64,000 nucleotides of DNA from an uncultured Candidatus Saccharibacteria bacterium (GTDB lineage Bacteria; Patescibacteriota; Minisyncoccia; Phycocordibacterales; Phycocordibacteraceae): NCBI GenBank assembly GCA_964634595.1, contig CAZWKU010000001.1, forward strand, positions 3,688-67,687, read 5' to 3'. Under the pieces are notes generated by a model. That model ran no database searches. It saw only the letters and a list, made by a program, of their open reading frames with translations, and was not told where the DNA came from. The position numbers and the translations under genes are program-made. Positions 46,704 to 56,438 of the stretch are shown in pieces (the stretch's first letter is position 1; every line of letters starts with the position of its first letter).

Positions 46704-47851
46704 CCGAAACACCCCTGTCAGCTGAAGAAGTGTTGCGTCGTGCGCACGCCGTCGGCGACTACTACGGATTTGTTTCTTTCGCCGCGCTAGCACTTGCTGA
46801 ACGTGACAAGCGCGCAAATGTCCCGAAACAAGATCCGCCCCAACTCTCTGCGCTCGACAAGAATGCTGAGATCGTGGCAAATTTTCTTCGGCAGTGCCGC
46901 GATCTGGGGCTTTTCACTGTCCCTCGCCAACCGCTTTTTGTCTGGCACTCGAATATCGCTCCTGGGCGCCCAGCGCCCAAGGTCGCTCATATTCAATTTC
47001 ATGCTATTGGGAGCGACCGTGCACTTGCTGACGCGGTAGTGATACGCGCAATACGTGCGCTTGCTCACGACCTTACCAAGGGCGAGGTAACCCTGCGCAT
47101 CAATACGCTCGGGGACAAAGAGACTCGGGCGCGCTACATGCGCGAGCTTGGCAACTTCTTCAAAAAGAAAGGTGCGACGCTACCTGAGGATTGTCTTGCG
47201 GTTGCACGTCGCGACGTTTTCGAGGCGGCCGAGCTCGCGCTCGAGAAACGATATGTTGAAGACCTCCCTGCTCCCACCGAATTTCTATCCGATCAGAGTC
47301 GAAAGCGCTTCGAGGATGTGCTCGAGTATCTTGAGACCACTGACACGCCGTATGAACTCTCGGGCACTCTACTTTCACGTGGGGGCGCTTGGTCTGAAAC
47401 CTGTTTTTCATTTGCGACCGCTGACAAAACACTTGCGTGGGGCTCGCGCTATGGCGATCTTGCACGAGCATTTTTCAAGAGCCCGATGCCTTCGACCGGA
47501 GCGGTGCTCTCAATTGAAACAGAGGGTACAAAGATCTCACCGCTGTCGGCACCCAAAAGCCGTACAAAGTTGCAGTTCGCATTTGTGCACATCGGTGAAG
47601 AAGCGAAACGAGAGTCTCTGAAGATAGTAGAGGAGTTGCGCCACGCACGTCTCCCGCTCTGGCAAATTATAGGGCTTGAATCGCTTACTGAACAAATGCT
47701 CCACGTCGAGCGTCTTGCGCCTCCCTACCTTATCGTGATGGGCCGCAAAGAGGCATTGGAGCGCTCGGTAGTGCTTCGCAATCGCACCACGCAAGAAGAC
47801 ATCGTGATCCCACTCCCCAAGCTCTCCGAACGCCTCCGCACCTTTGCCTAA
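46700..47851 (+). CDS. histidyl-tRNA synthetase-like class II aaRS protein with divergent catalytic motifs (HisS or HisZ-like)
   Basis: QFHAIG (motif 2 end), TLRINTLGDKETRARYMRELGNFF (HisRS-specific block), AWGSRYGDL (motif 3-like), and a C-terminal anticodon-binding-like PYLIVMGRKEALERSVVLRNRTTQEDIVIPL. Confidence 0.5.
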   Translation: MTETPLSAEEVLRRAHAVGDYYGFVSFAALALAERDKRANVPKQDPPQLSALDKNAEIVANFLRQCRDLGLFTVPRQPLFVWHSNIAPGRPAPKVAHIQFHAIGSDRALADAVVIRAIRALAHDLTKGEVTLRINTLGDKETRARYMRELGNFFKKKGATLPEDCLAVARRDVFEAAELALEKRYVEDLPAPTEFLSDQSRKRFEDVLEYLETTDTPYELSGTLLSRGGAWSETCFSFATADKTLAWGSRYGDLARAFFKSPMPSTGAVLSIETEGTKISPLSAPKSRTKLQFAFVHIGEEAKRESLKIVEELRHARLPLWQIIGLESLTEQMLHVERLAPPYLIVMGRKEALERSVVLRNRTTQEDIVIPLPKLSERLRTFA

Positions 47852-48064
47852 AAAGCACCGCCCCAAGGATTGCTCCCTAGGGCGGCAGTGTTATTTTGAC
47901 GGCGCATAATGTTTAGCTCGCACGAGTGGCATTAATGCACAAAGCACTGCTTGCGAGATGAGGTCTTCGCGTTTTACCGCATTGTCTGAAAAATAAAACT
48001 GCGCATCTTTTTCATCACCACTCCTGCCTATATTGTTGCTTTTGTGATGCGTGATACATCACCA

Positions 48065-48460
48065 TCAATTACTATTGGCCTGATTGCCAACAATTCTTCT
48101 CGACACGGTTGCTGGGGGATAGGCTCCCAGAAATAAACCGCTTTTCTCGATGAGGGTATTCGAGCCAACGTAGCCCCTAATGCCGTTCTTCTCTGGGTTA
48201 ATGACGAGCACCGCATCAGCCCATTCGATTTTTGAAAAATGGAGCTTGATAGCCTCGGCCTTGCGTTCCCAAACCCACAGATCATCATCTTGAGCAGACT
48301 TACGCTTTGCATAGTACTCAAGTACGGGAAGTTGTTCCCCGTTCTCATTTAATACGTGCAGTGGCGGCATCTTGACTTCATGCCCTAGAGTCTCCAATTG
48401 CGCGCCAGTCGCAATCATATTTGGCATGAAAGCGATACTGCCGCATATAGCAATTTTCAT
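48065..48460 (-). CDS. Rossmann-like protein, possibly nucleoside 2-deoxyribosyltransferase-like
   Basis: Starts MKIAICGSIAF. 131 aa. Weak, architecture-level call. Confidence 0.3.
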   Translation of the reverse strand: MKIAICGSIAFMPNMIATGAQLETLGHEVKMPPLHVLNENGEQLPVLEYYAKRKSAQDDDLWVWERKAEAIKLHFSKIEWADAVLVINPEKNGIRGYVGSNTLIEKSGLFLGAYPPATVSRRIVGNQANSN

Positions 48461-48525
48461 AGTTGTCTACATTGTACATGTGTGCCCGATCACGACCCTA
48501 GCACGATTAAAACCCGTATGGTAGA

Positions 48526-48798
48526 GTGGCGCACATGGATACTACAGCACGGGTTGAGGTACGGCGCGGGAAGAACGAGAGTTCTTCAGCGCTTATTCGC
48601 CGTTTCTCACGCCGCGCACAGGGGCTAGGAGTGGTGCGCGAGATGCGCGATCGCCGCTACTGGGAGCGCAACAAGTCAAAAAACGTGCACCACAAGCGCG
48701 CCCTTATCTCGCTCGCACGCCGCGAGCACTACCATGAGCTGGTGAAGCTCGGCAAGATAGACCCAGCCGCGCGCACCAAGCGAGGCAAAAAGAAGTAG
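48526..48798 (+). CDS. rpsU: 30S ribosomal protein S21
   Basis: VEVRRGKNESSSALIRRFSRR...RYWERNKSKNVHHKRA. Confidence 0.8.
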   Translation: MAHMDTTARVEVRRGKNESSSALIRRFSRRAQGLGVVREMRDRRYWERNKSKNVHHKRALISLARREHYHELVKLGKIDPAARTKRGKKK

Positions 48799-48809
48799 CT
48801 CGGCCAGAG

Positions 48810-49241
48810 ATGCCGCAACCCTACGCGCGCATTGCACGAAAAATACTCCCTCACTGGGAGCTTTCGCTTGCATTTGTGACACCGCGTGCGGCGGCGGCAC
48901 TTAATCGGCGCCTGCGCGGCAAATCGTACACGCCAAATGTACTCTCCTATGTGGTTGGTAAAAGGCATGGGGAGATCATTATTTGCAAGTCAGTCGCTTA
49001 TCAACAGGCCGCCTCTTTCGAGCTTTCAAAGAGAGATTTCCTCGCATTTCTCTTTATCCACGCACTCCTCCATTTGAAGGGAGGGCGTCACGGCACTACA
49101 ATGGAGAGACGCGAACATACGCTCTTGAAAAAGTTTCAGAGCAAAACGCGAATTCTTACCTATGGCTCGACGCATCGCAACCGGCATCGACATCGGCACC
49201 TCACAAATAAAGGTGGTCGTCGTCGAAGAGATCCGCGATAA
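48810..49241 (+). CDS. ybeY: endoribonuclease YbeY (rRNA maturation factor)
   Basis: FIHALLHLKGGRHG resembles the H3xH5xH metal site. The 3' end overlaps ftsA in another frame, so the true stop may be earlier. Confidence 0.65.
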   Translation: MPQPYARIARKILPHWELSLAFVTPRAAAALNRRLRGKSYTPNVLSYVVGKRHGEIIICKSVAYQQAASFELSKRDFLAFLFIHALLHLKGGRHGTTMERREHTLLKKFQSKTRILTYGSTHRNRHRHRHLTNKGGRRRRDPR

Positions 49242-50328
49242 ACGCGAACGCTTTTTGCGTGTGCTTGGCACAGGGCTTGCTGAGTCTCGCGGTCTCCGGC
49301 AAGGATACGTGGTCAATAAGGAGGAGGTGACTGAGGCTATACGCGAAGCGAAACGCCAGGCTGAAGCGGCGTCCCGCGTGCCAATACGAAGCGCCTTTCT
49401 TGCGGTCGGCGGTATATCGATCGATGAAGCGCGCGCAACGGGAGAGACCATCATCGGCCGTGCCGACCAAGTAGTCTCTTCAATTGATATCGAAAAGGCG
49501 GGTGCCGCGGCCCACGAAGCTGCGACACCACATTTTCTTAACCGTCGCGTACTTCACGATATACCGCTTGAGTATCGCCTCGATGGCGCAAAAGTCATGG
49601 GCAACCCAAGCGGCATGAAAGGTGTACGACTTGAGGTTGACTACCTTTTCGTCTCAGTACTTACCCAGCACCTTGAGACACTTATCCACGCGGTCGAGGG
49701 CACGGAGGTAGAAGTGATAGATCAAATGGCCGCGACACTTGCGGGCGCAAACGTGCTCCTTACGAAAGACCAACAGCGCCGCGGATGCTTGCTTGCTAAC
49801 CTTGGAGCCGAGACTACCTCAATAGTTGTCTTCGACGAAGGTGTGCCCGTCTCGATAAAAGTCATACCTATGGGCAGTGCCGACATTACAAACGACATAG
49901 CTCTCGGCCTTAGAATATCTCTTGACGAAGCAGAGCGCGTTAAGACCGGACGCCTGACCGGCGCTATGTATCCGCGCAAAAAAGTTGATGCACTTATTGA
50001 GCGCCGGCTTGAAGATATATGTGAAGTAGTCGAAAAGCATCTGAAGTCGCTTAATCGTCGCGGCCCACTACCTGCAGGAGTGATAATCGCCGGAGGCGGT
50101 GCGGCGCAAAGTGCGATAACTGATATCGTGCGGAGCGCCTTGAAGCTCCCGGCGAGACTTGCAGAATTCCGCCTCACGAACGACCCGAAGTTACGAGATG
50201 CTACCTGGGCAGTAGCCTACGGCCTCGCCCTCTGGGGCCTCACTGGTGAGACTGAGTCACATAAAAACAGCTGGCCGAGTGAGGTGGTGCGTAGCGCTAC
50301 ACAATTTTTCAAACAATTTCTACCCTAG
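49162..50328 (+). CDS. ftsA: cell division protein FtsA
   Basis: Actin-fold motifs GIDIGTSQIKVVV and IIAGGGAAQS. Confidence 0.85.
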   Translation: MARRIATGIDIGTSQIKVVVVEEIRDKRERFLRVLGTGLAESRGLRQGYVVNKEEVTEAIREAKRQAEAASRVPIRSAFLAVGGISIDEARATGETIIGRADQVVSSIDIEKAGAAAHEAATPHFLNRRVLHDIPLEYRLDGAKVMGNPSGMKGVRLEVDYLFVSVLTQHLETLIHAVEGTEVEVIDQMAATLAGANVLLTKDQQRRGCLLANLGAETTSIVVFDEGVPVSIKVIPMGSADITNDIALGLRISLDEAERVKTGRLTGAMYPRKKVDALIERRLEDICEVVEKHLKSLNRRGPLPAGVIIAGGGAAQSAITDIVRSALKLPARLAEFRLTNDPKLRDATWAVAYGLALWGLTGETESHKNSWPSEVVRSATQFFKQFLP

Positions 50329-50404
50329 CCACTGACACGCGTCCGCGTTCTGTCAATCTTTGCATAATCGCCCGCTTTGGTATCATGCGGGCACATCTCT
50401 CCAT

Positions 50405-51625
50405 ATGGCTAAACGTATACAACCCGAGATTGAGACTTTTGCTCGCATCCGCGTTGTAGGTGTCGGTGGGTCAGGTCGCAATGCGGTAAACCATATGGTC
50501 AATTCTAATGTGCGCGGCGTGGAGTTTGTTGCGGTCAACACCGACGCCCAAGACCTCCACGGCTCGCTCGCGAAAAAGAAAATCCATATTGGCAAAAACC
50601 TTACTCGCGGCCTTGGAGCTGGCATGAACCCTGAGGTAGGTCGCCGTGCCGCCGAGGAGACTCGTCAACACATCCAAGAGGCACTCCAGGGGTCTGACCT
50701 GGTCTTTATCACCTGCGGGCTTGGTGGGGGCACGGGGACAGGCGCCGCGCCCATTGTTGCCAAAGTCGCCAAAGAGCTCGGGGCTCTTACGATTGCTGTT
50801 GTCACCAAACCCTTCGCGTTTGAAGGCGCCATGCGCAAAGACATCGCCGAGCGCGGCCTCGCCGAGCTCAAGAAAGAGGTTGATGCGTTCATCGTCATAC
50901 AAAACGACAAGCTCCTCGCAATTTCTGAGCCAGGCACCAGCGCAAAACAAGCATTCGCCCTGTGCGATGAGATACTGCGCCAAGCGGTTGAGGGGGTCTC
51001 TGACATTATCCGCACACCAGGCGACGTCAACACTGACTTCAACGACATTAAGGCCATTATGGAGGATGCCGGCCCAGCCCTCATGGGCATCGGCATCGCC
51101 GAGGGTGAAGAACGTGCAAAAGAGGCCGCAAAGCGCGCCGTCAACTCCCCCCTCCTTGATATATCGATAAATGGTGCGAAGGGCATCCTTTTTGTAGTCG
51201 CCGGCTCCGACGATCTCGGGATTATTGAGATACAGGAGGCGGCTAAAGTAGTGAATGAATCGGTAGATAAAAATGCCAAAATCATTTTCGGCATGATGAA
51301 GGATAGAAAACTCAAGAAGGGGCAGATCCGCATTATCGTCATCGCGACTGGCTTTCCCGAACAGGCAGTGCATGTCGCCCAAGAGCGTTCCCTCTTCTCC
51401 CTCCCTACCGACCGGCGTCAAGAAGAGCGGGGCAAGATCTACAACGAGGTCCTAAAGCGTCCTGAACCAGAGCCCGAGCCGGCTCCCCTCCCCCGAGAGG
51501 TTCGCGCCGAACCTCTCGTCACCGCATTACCCGCAGAGATACGCCCAGAGCCAAAGCCTCCCGTTGAAGACGAAGATGAGGCATGGGGCGCGATACCTGC
51601 ATTTCTCCGACGCCACAGAAAATAA
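50405..51625 (+). CDS. ftsZ: cell division protein FtsZ
   Basis: RIRVVGVGGSGRNAVNHM and tubulin signature GGGTGTGAAP. Start trimmed to MAKRIQPE. Confidence 0.9.
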   Translation: MAKRIQPEIETFARIRVVGVGGSGRNAVNHMVNSNVRGVEFVAVNTDAQDLHGSLAKKKIHIGKNLTRGLGAGMNPEVGRRAAEETRQHIQEALQGSDLVFITCGLGGGTGTGAAPIVAKVAKELGALTIAVVTKPFAFEGAMRKDIAERGLAELKKEVDAFIVIQNDKLLAISEPGTSAKQAFALCDEILRQAVEGVSDIIRTPGDVNTDFNDIKAIMEDAGPALMGIGIAEGEERAKEAAKRAVNSPLLDISINGAKGILFVVAGSDDLGIIEIQEAAKVVNESVDKNAKIIFGMMKDRKLKKGQIRIIVIATGFPEQAVHVAQERSLFSLPTDRRQEERGKIYNEVLKRPEPEPEPAPLPREVRAEPLVTALPAEIRPEPKPPVEDEDEAWGAIPAFLRRHRK

Positions 51626-51716
51626 CCAGGAGTTGAGGCGCTAGGCTTTAGGAAATTAAGCTTTGGCATTATACTGCATCCTACTAGAGCCTAGTGCCTA
51701 GTGCTTAATTTTCTCT

Positions 51717-52640
51717 ATGTACGATCTCATCATTATCGGGGGCGGCCCAGCAGGAGTAGCGGCAGGCGTGTATGCGGCGCGCAAGCGCCTTAAGACAGTA
51801 CTTATCGCTGAAATTATCGGCGGACAAAGTATGGATTCGACCGAAATACAAAATTGGATAGGGACAGAAAAAATATCGGGTTTGGCGCTTGCTAAGAGCT
51901 TCACTAAACATTTAAAAGCATACGCGGGGGATGTAGTAACACTCGCAATCGGTGAACGCGCCACAAAGCTCGAGAAGCTAGGGAGTGATTTCAAAGTGAC
52001 TACCCAAAAGAATCAATATGAGGCGAAGGCAGTACTTATCGCGAGTGGCGGTCATCGTAGAAAGCTTACTATCCCCGGCGCAGTCGAATTTGAGAACAAG
52101 GGCGTCACCTATTGTGCCTCGTGCGATGGCCCTCTCTTTGCCGATCAAGACGTTGCAGTTATCGGGGGTGGCAACGCTGGCTTCGAGACCGCTCAGCAAC
52201 TTCTTGCCTACGCAAAATCAGTCACACTGATACACCGAGGCGAAACTTTTAATAAAGCCGACGCCGCAACCGTCGAGGCAGTGAAGGCGCACCCCAACTT
52301 CATCGCACTCACTAGTAGCGAACCTATCGAGGTCAATGGCGGGCCCTTTGTGGCAGGTGTGGTAGTCAAAAGCACTATTTCAGGCGAGACCCGAGAACTC
52401 CCCGTTACCGGCATTTTTGTCGAGGTCGGAATGCTCCCCAACACAGACTTCGCCGAGGAGGTAGTCACACTTGATGCACATAAGCGCATCGTCGCTGATG
52501 CCAAAAACCAACGCACCTCGGTTGAGGGCATTTGGGCCGCCGGCGACGTTACCGACGAGCTCTACCACCAAAACAACATCGCCGCTGGCGATGGCGTCAA
52601 AGCGCTTGAAGACATCTACTTTTGGCTCAAGAAGCAATGA
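51717..52640 (+). CDS. trxB: thioredoxin-disulfide reductase
   Basis: IIIGGGPAGVAAGVYAAR, redox-active CASCDG, second FAD/NAD(P) motif GGGNAGFE. Confidence 0.85.
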   Translation: MYDLIIIGGGPAGVAAGVYAARKRLKTVLIAEIIGGQSMDSTEIQNWIGTEKISGLALAKSFTKHLKAYAGDVVTLAIGERATKLEKLGSDFKVTTQKNQYEAKAVLIASGGHRRKLTIPGAVEFENKGVTYCASCDGPLFADQDVAVIGGGNAGFETAQQLLAYAKSVTLIHRGETFNKADAATVEAVKAHPNFIALTSSEPIEVNGGPFVAGVVVKSTISGETRELPVTGIFVEVGMLPNTDFAEEVVTLDAHKRIVADAKNQRTSVEGIWAAGDVTDELYHQNNIAAGDGVKALEDIYFWLKKQ

Positions 52641-52975
52641 GCGAGCTATTGAAGAAAAAGTGCGTGCCGTGTGAGGGCGGGACAAAGCCTATGCCGCTTA
52701 CCGATGCCGCGCAGATGCTCACTGACATCCCGGGTTGGGTGCTTGCAGATGAGGGCAAGAGTATCCGCCGCGAGTTTCGCTTCGCCACTTTTATGGATGC
52801 GATGGAGTTCGTAAGCCAAGTCGCTGATATCGCCGAAATAGAGGATCATCACCCCGACATTTATATCTCATATAACCAGGTGCGTCTTCTGCTCTCAACC
52901 CACGCAATACAGGGCCTCTCTGAAAACGACTTTATAGTAGCGGCAAAAATAAACACTCTCCCTACCTCAGACTAA
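52637..52975 (+). CDS. pterin-4a-carbinolamine dehydratase
   Basis: EFRFATFMDAMEFVSQVADIAEIEDHHPD...STHAIQGLSENDF. ATGA overlap with trxB. Confidence 0.7.
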   Translation: MSELLKKKCVPCEGGTKPMPLTDAAQMLTDIPGWVLADEGKSIRREFRFATFMDAMEFVSQVADIAEIEDHHPDIYISYNQVRLLLSTHAIQGLSENDFIVAAKINTLPTSD

Positions 52976-53277
52976 CGAATCACACCACTATAAAAAAGCG
53001 CAGCGATGAGTGCGATGAGACACGCGAACACGCCGAGTGTCTGAAGGAAAAGGTGTACACCCCGCTCGTGTGCGCCCGCAAGAATCAGTTTTAGTGGCTC
53101 AAACAAAAAAACATAGCTCATTGCCGCCGCCGAAAGCGTGAAGAGCGAGAGCATTATAATAGGCACGAACATGGTGGGCCCTTCTATATGATCAGGGTCG
53201 AGAAAAAAGAGAAAGTTAACAATACCGATAATATAGAGTGACGCGGCAAACGCGTTAATGAAAGGGTTTTGGGTCAT
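52972..53277 (-). CDS. small membrane protein, hypothetical
   Basis: 101 aa with three hydrophobic helices. Confidence 0.4.
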   Translation of the reverse strand: MTQNPFINAFAASLYIIGIVNFLFFLDPDHIEGPTMFVPIIMLSLFTLSAAAMSYVFLFEPLKLILAGAHERGVHLFLQTLGVFACLIALIAALFYSGVIR

Positions 53278-53473
53278 ATAGCCAGTATAACTTCTTGCTA
53301 CCGCTTAAAGTCGCATACCCAACGCCACATAAGCCCGCATGTGTTCGGGAGTAAAATATTTGTTACCAAGACTGAAGCCGAAGACAATATTATGTTGTCT
53401 TGAGTCAATCTCCTCTTGTGAGATATTTACGTATGTTGTTGGGTGCATATGCAGTCAAGATTTTGTCTCGCCA

Positions 53474-53545
53474 TGACCCCGACGGGAATCGAACCCGTAT
53501 TTGCGCCTTGAAAGAGCGCTGTCCTAGCCGCTAGACGACGGGGCC
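53474..53545 (-). tRNA. tRNA-Glu (anticodon TTC)
   Basis: Minus-strand sequence GGCCCCGTCGTCTAGCGGCTAGGACAGCGCTCTTTCAAGGCGC...ACGGGTTCGATTCCCGTCGGGGTCA. Confidence 0.85.
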
Positions 53546-53623
53546 GTAAACAAACCTTATCATTTTACCCTCTAAATGCTAGGATGCGAGACATGTGCCT
53601 GCTCCGCAGGCAGAAGATAAAGA

Positions 53624-53710
53624 GGAGAGGTGTCAGAGTGGTCGAATGAACCGGTTTCGAAAACCGGCAGGGGCGAAAGCTCCTCGGGAGTTCGAATCTC
53701 CCCCTCTCCG
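53624..53710 (+). tRNA. tRNA-Ser (anticodon CGA), class II
   Basis: GGAGAGG acceptor, anticodon stem CCGGT/ACCGG with loop UUCGAAA, long variable arm, T-arm GGGAG/TTCGAAT/CTCCC, G73. Confidence 0.85.
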
Positions 53711-53736
53711 CAAGAGCGTGCTACTGGTAGCACTAT

Positions 53737-53809
53737 GCGCGGTTAGCTCAGTTGGTAGAGCATGTCTTTGACGTAGACAGGGTCGGGGGTTCAAGTCCCT
53801 CACCGCGCA
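53737..53809 (+). tRNA. tRNA-Val (anticodon GAC)
   Basis: GCGCGGT acceptor, anticodon stem TGTCT/AGACA with loop UUGACGU, T-arm GGGGG/TTCAAGT/CCCTC. Confidence 0.8.
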
Positions 53810-53877
53810 CAATAAGCATTGCGAACACTTACGCCGCGCACTTTTTATTGAAGGAGATTCGTGTTATAATTAAGGAG

Positions 53878-54648
53878 ATGAAAAAAGAGGGCAAGATATA
53901 TATGTATGGGCGGCACGCCCTGATGGAGGCGGTTTTGCATGCGCCCACTGTTATCCGCAAAGTGTATCTCTCACCCGACAATCGCGACAAAGAGCTGCGC
54001 GATTTGCTCGCAAAAAATACCATCCTAACTGCCGAACTCAAGCAGGGTCAGGGTAATGAGATTGTCGGTAAGGATGCCGCGCACCAGGGCGTTGTTGCCC
54101 TCATTAACCCCTCTCCTCTCCTTAAAAACTTTGAGGTATTTGTGAAGGAGCTCAATGTTACTCCGCAAACAGCGCTCGCAGTACTTGGTGAAGTGCAAGA
54201 CCCGCACAATGTAGGGGCGATTATTCGCAGTGCCGCGGCCTTTGGCTTTGCGGGCGTACTGATACCCGAGCACAACCAGGCTGGCATCACCGGTGCTGTA
54301 ATTAAGGCATCGGCTGGGATGGTCTTTCGCATCCCTCTCGTCAGCATTGGCAATGTAAACCACGCTCTCAAGGTGCTTAAAGATAAAGGTTTTTGGATCT
54401 ACGGCCTTGACGCCAGTGGCAAAAATGAGCTCGGTAAAGAAAAATTCGATGCGCCAGCAACTTTTGTCGTAGGCAATGAAGGCTCGGGGATACGCGAAAA
54501 GACCCTTGGCGCCTGCGATGTCGTGCTCAAGATCCCTATACACGAGCGAACAGAGTCACTAAACGCCGCTGTCTCAGCCGCAGTCGTGATGTACGAATGG
54601 AGCAAGCACCACCCCTCGACTACGCTTGCGGCACGTCCCACCCCATGA
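53878..54648 (+). CDS. rlmB: SpoU/TrmH-family rRNA 2'-O-methyltransferase (RlmB-like)
   Basis: AAGGAGA RBS before ATG 53878. Contains FVVGNEGSGIRE and ESLNAAVSAAVVMYE. Confidence 0.8.
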   Translation: MKKEGKIYMYGRHALMEAVLHAPTVIRKVYLSPDNRDKELRDLLAKNTILTAELKQGQGNEIVGKDAAHQGVVALINPSPLLKNFEVFVKELNVTPQTALAVLGEVQDPHNVGAIIRSAAAFGFAGVLIPEHNQAGITGAVIKASAGMVFRIPLVSIGNVNHALKVLKDKGFWIYGLDASGKNELGKEKFDAPATFVVGNEGSGIREKTLGACDVVLKIPIHERTESLNAAVSAAVVMYEWSKHHPSTTLAARPTP

Positions 54649-55553
54649 AAAACGACCGGCACCTCGTTTCAAAAGGCTGGAGCGACTACGAGCTTATCGA
54701 CAGTGGTGAAAATATGAAGCTCGAACGTTTTGGTCCGCCAGCTGGCGGGGTCGTAGTTGCACGCCCCGAGACCCAGGCACTCTGGGCAAAGGAGAAGCCA
54801 GATATGTGGAGTCTGCCAGCAGGCAGTGCGCACGCAAGCTTTACCTTTGGCGACAAAAAAGGGTCGTGGAAGGTGGAGAGGGCCCTCCCCGACCCCTGGC
54901 ACATAACCCACAAACAGATGGTGCTCGCGCTACGGCTCACGCCCTTTAAACACACGGGCATATTCCCCGAACAGGAGCCGAATTGGCAGTGGATTGTAGA
55001 GCAGGTGCGTGAGCTCAAACAGCCAAAAATATTAAATCTTTTTGGCTATACCGGCGCCGCCTCTATTGCCGGAGCGCTTGCTGGAGCCGAAGTCACCCAC
55101 GTTGACGCCTCAAAGCAGTCGCTCGACTGGGCGCACGAAAACGCTCGCCTCTCAGGCGTTGGCGAGGACAAAGTGCGCTGGATGCTCGACGACGCACTCG
55201 CGTTTGTAAAGCGCGAGGTGCGCAGGGGTGCAACGTACGACGGTATTATCCTCGACCCGCCCGCCTTTGGCCGCGGTGCCAAAAAAGAGGTGTGGAGAAT
55301 TGAAGAGGATCTACCCAAACTTCTCGCCGCACTAAGAGCATTGCTCTCTGATAAGCCGGGTTCATTTTTCTTACTGAGCGGCTACGCCGCAGGCTACGCA
55401 CCACTCTCATTTGTACAAGCCATCGAGAGCGTCTTCTCCTCGACAGAGCTTGGAGCAAGCGGCCTCAATGGAGAGTCAGGCGAATTACGCATTCAAGAAA
55501 CGGGGTCAGAGCGCCAAATCCCTGCAGGCATTTATGTTCGGTTTACCCGATAA
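54645..55553 (+). CDS. class I SAM-dependent RNA methyltransferase (RlmI/RlmK-like)
   Basis: ATGA overlap with rlmB. Motif I LNLFGYTGAASIAGA and IILDPPAFGRG. Confidence 0.6.
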   Translation: MKNDRHLVSKGWSDYELIDSGENMKLERFGPPAGGVVVARPETQALWAKEKPDMWSLPAGSAHASFTFGDKKGSWKVERALPDPWHITHKQMVLALRLTPFKHTGIFPEQEPNWQWIVEQVRELKQPKILNLFGYTGAASIAGALAGAEVTHVDASKQSLDWAHENARLSGVGEDKVRWMLDDALAFVKREVRRGATYDGIILDPPAFGRGAKKEVWRIEEDLPKLLAALRALLSDKPGSFFLLSGYAAGYAPLSFVQAIESVFSSTELGASGLNGESGELRIQETGSERQIPAGIYVRFTR

Positions 55554-55577
55554 TGGTTTCTGAGGTACTATCAAAGC

Positions 55578-56438
55578 ATGAGCCACAAGCAAATCGCGAT
55601 TTTGTACCACGGAGGGTGCCCTGACGGTTTTGGCGGAGCGTATGCCGCCTGGAAGAAATTCGGGGATACAGCTGAATATGTCCCCCTCAAACACGGCCTC
55701 CCTCCACCAAACGATATGGCTGGGAAGACTCTTTATTTTATAGACTTTTGCTACAAAAAAGAGATCATGGATCAGTTCGTCACAGAGGCAGAGTCGGTCA
55801 CGGTACTCGACCACCACCTTGGTGTGCGCGAGGTGACTGAAAGTATGCCGCACTTTGTATTTGACGAGAAACGCTCGGGAGCAACCATAGCCTGGAGGTA
55901 CTTTCACCACGATGCGCCTGTCCCCGTATTACTGCAGTATGTGCAAGATGGCGACCTGTACACCTTTACTCTCCCTGATTCACGCGCCGTGCTTTCATAC
56001 GTCTACGCACAGAAATTTCATTTTGATACATGGGACAAGCTCATGCGTGAGCTTGAAGACGTTCGTACGCGTACCGAGCTTGTCCAGCGCGGGACGATCT
56101 ATGCTGAACACTTCGCAATCCTCGCACAGCAAATCGCAAACAAAGCGGCAATCGTAACGTTTGAAGGATACGAATGCTATTTCGCAAGCGCGGCTGACAT
56201 GTTCTCCTCTGACGTCGGCAATCTGCTTGCAAAACTGAAACCACCACTCGCCCTCGTCGCCAATATGCATGGGGATGTCTTGAATGTGTCGCTCCGAAGC
56301 GACGACTCCGTCGACGTTTCAGCAATTGCACGCAAGTACGGCGGCAATGGCCACCCGCGTGCCTCAGCCTTTCGCATTACGTGGGGCGACCCTCTCCCTT
56401 GGCAAGTGATTAAAGAACATGAGAATCCTCGCCATTGA
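55578..56438 (+). CDS. DHH-family phosphoesterase (NrnA-like)
   Basis: DHH motif VLDHHLG and DHHA1 GGNGHPRASAF. Confidence 0.75.
   Translation: MSHKQIAILYHGGCPDGFGGAYAAWKKFGDTAEYVPLKHGLPPPNDMAGKTLYFIDFCYKKEIMDQFVTEAESVTVLDHHLGVREVTESMPHFVFDEKRSGATIAWRYFHHDAPVPVLLQYVQDGDLYTFTLPDSRAVLSYVYAQKFHFDTWDKLMRELEDVRTRTELVQRGTIYAEHFAILAQQIANKAAIVTFEGYECYFASAADMFSSDVGNLLAKLKPPLALVANMHGDVLNVSLRSDDSVDVSAIARKYGGNGHPRASAFRITWGDPLPWQVIKEHENPRH

Noticed and set aside
48028-48348. ORF 48028-48348 and other small ORFs overlapping 48065-48460.
   Set aside because: These are nested in the same region as a longer, better-supported ORF. They are frame artefacts.
53752-53877. 5' extension of the rlmB ORF.
   Set aside because: It starts inside tRNA-Val. 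The AAGGAGA-ATG at 53878 is the evident start.
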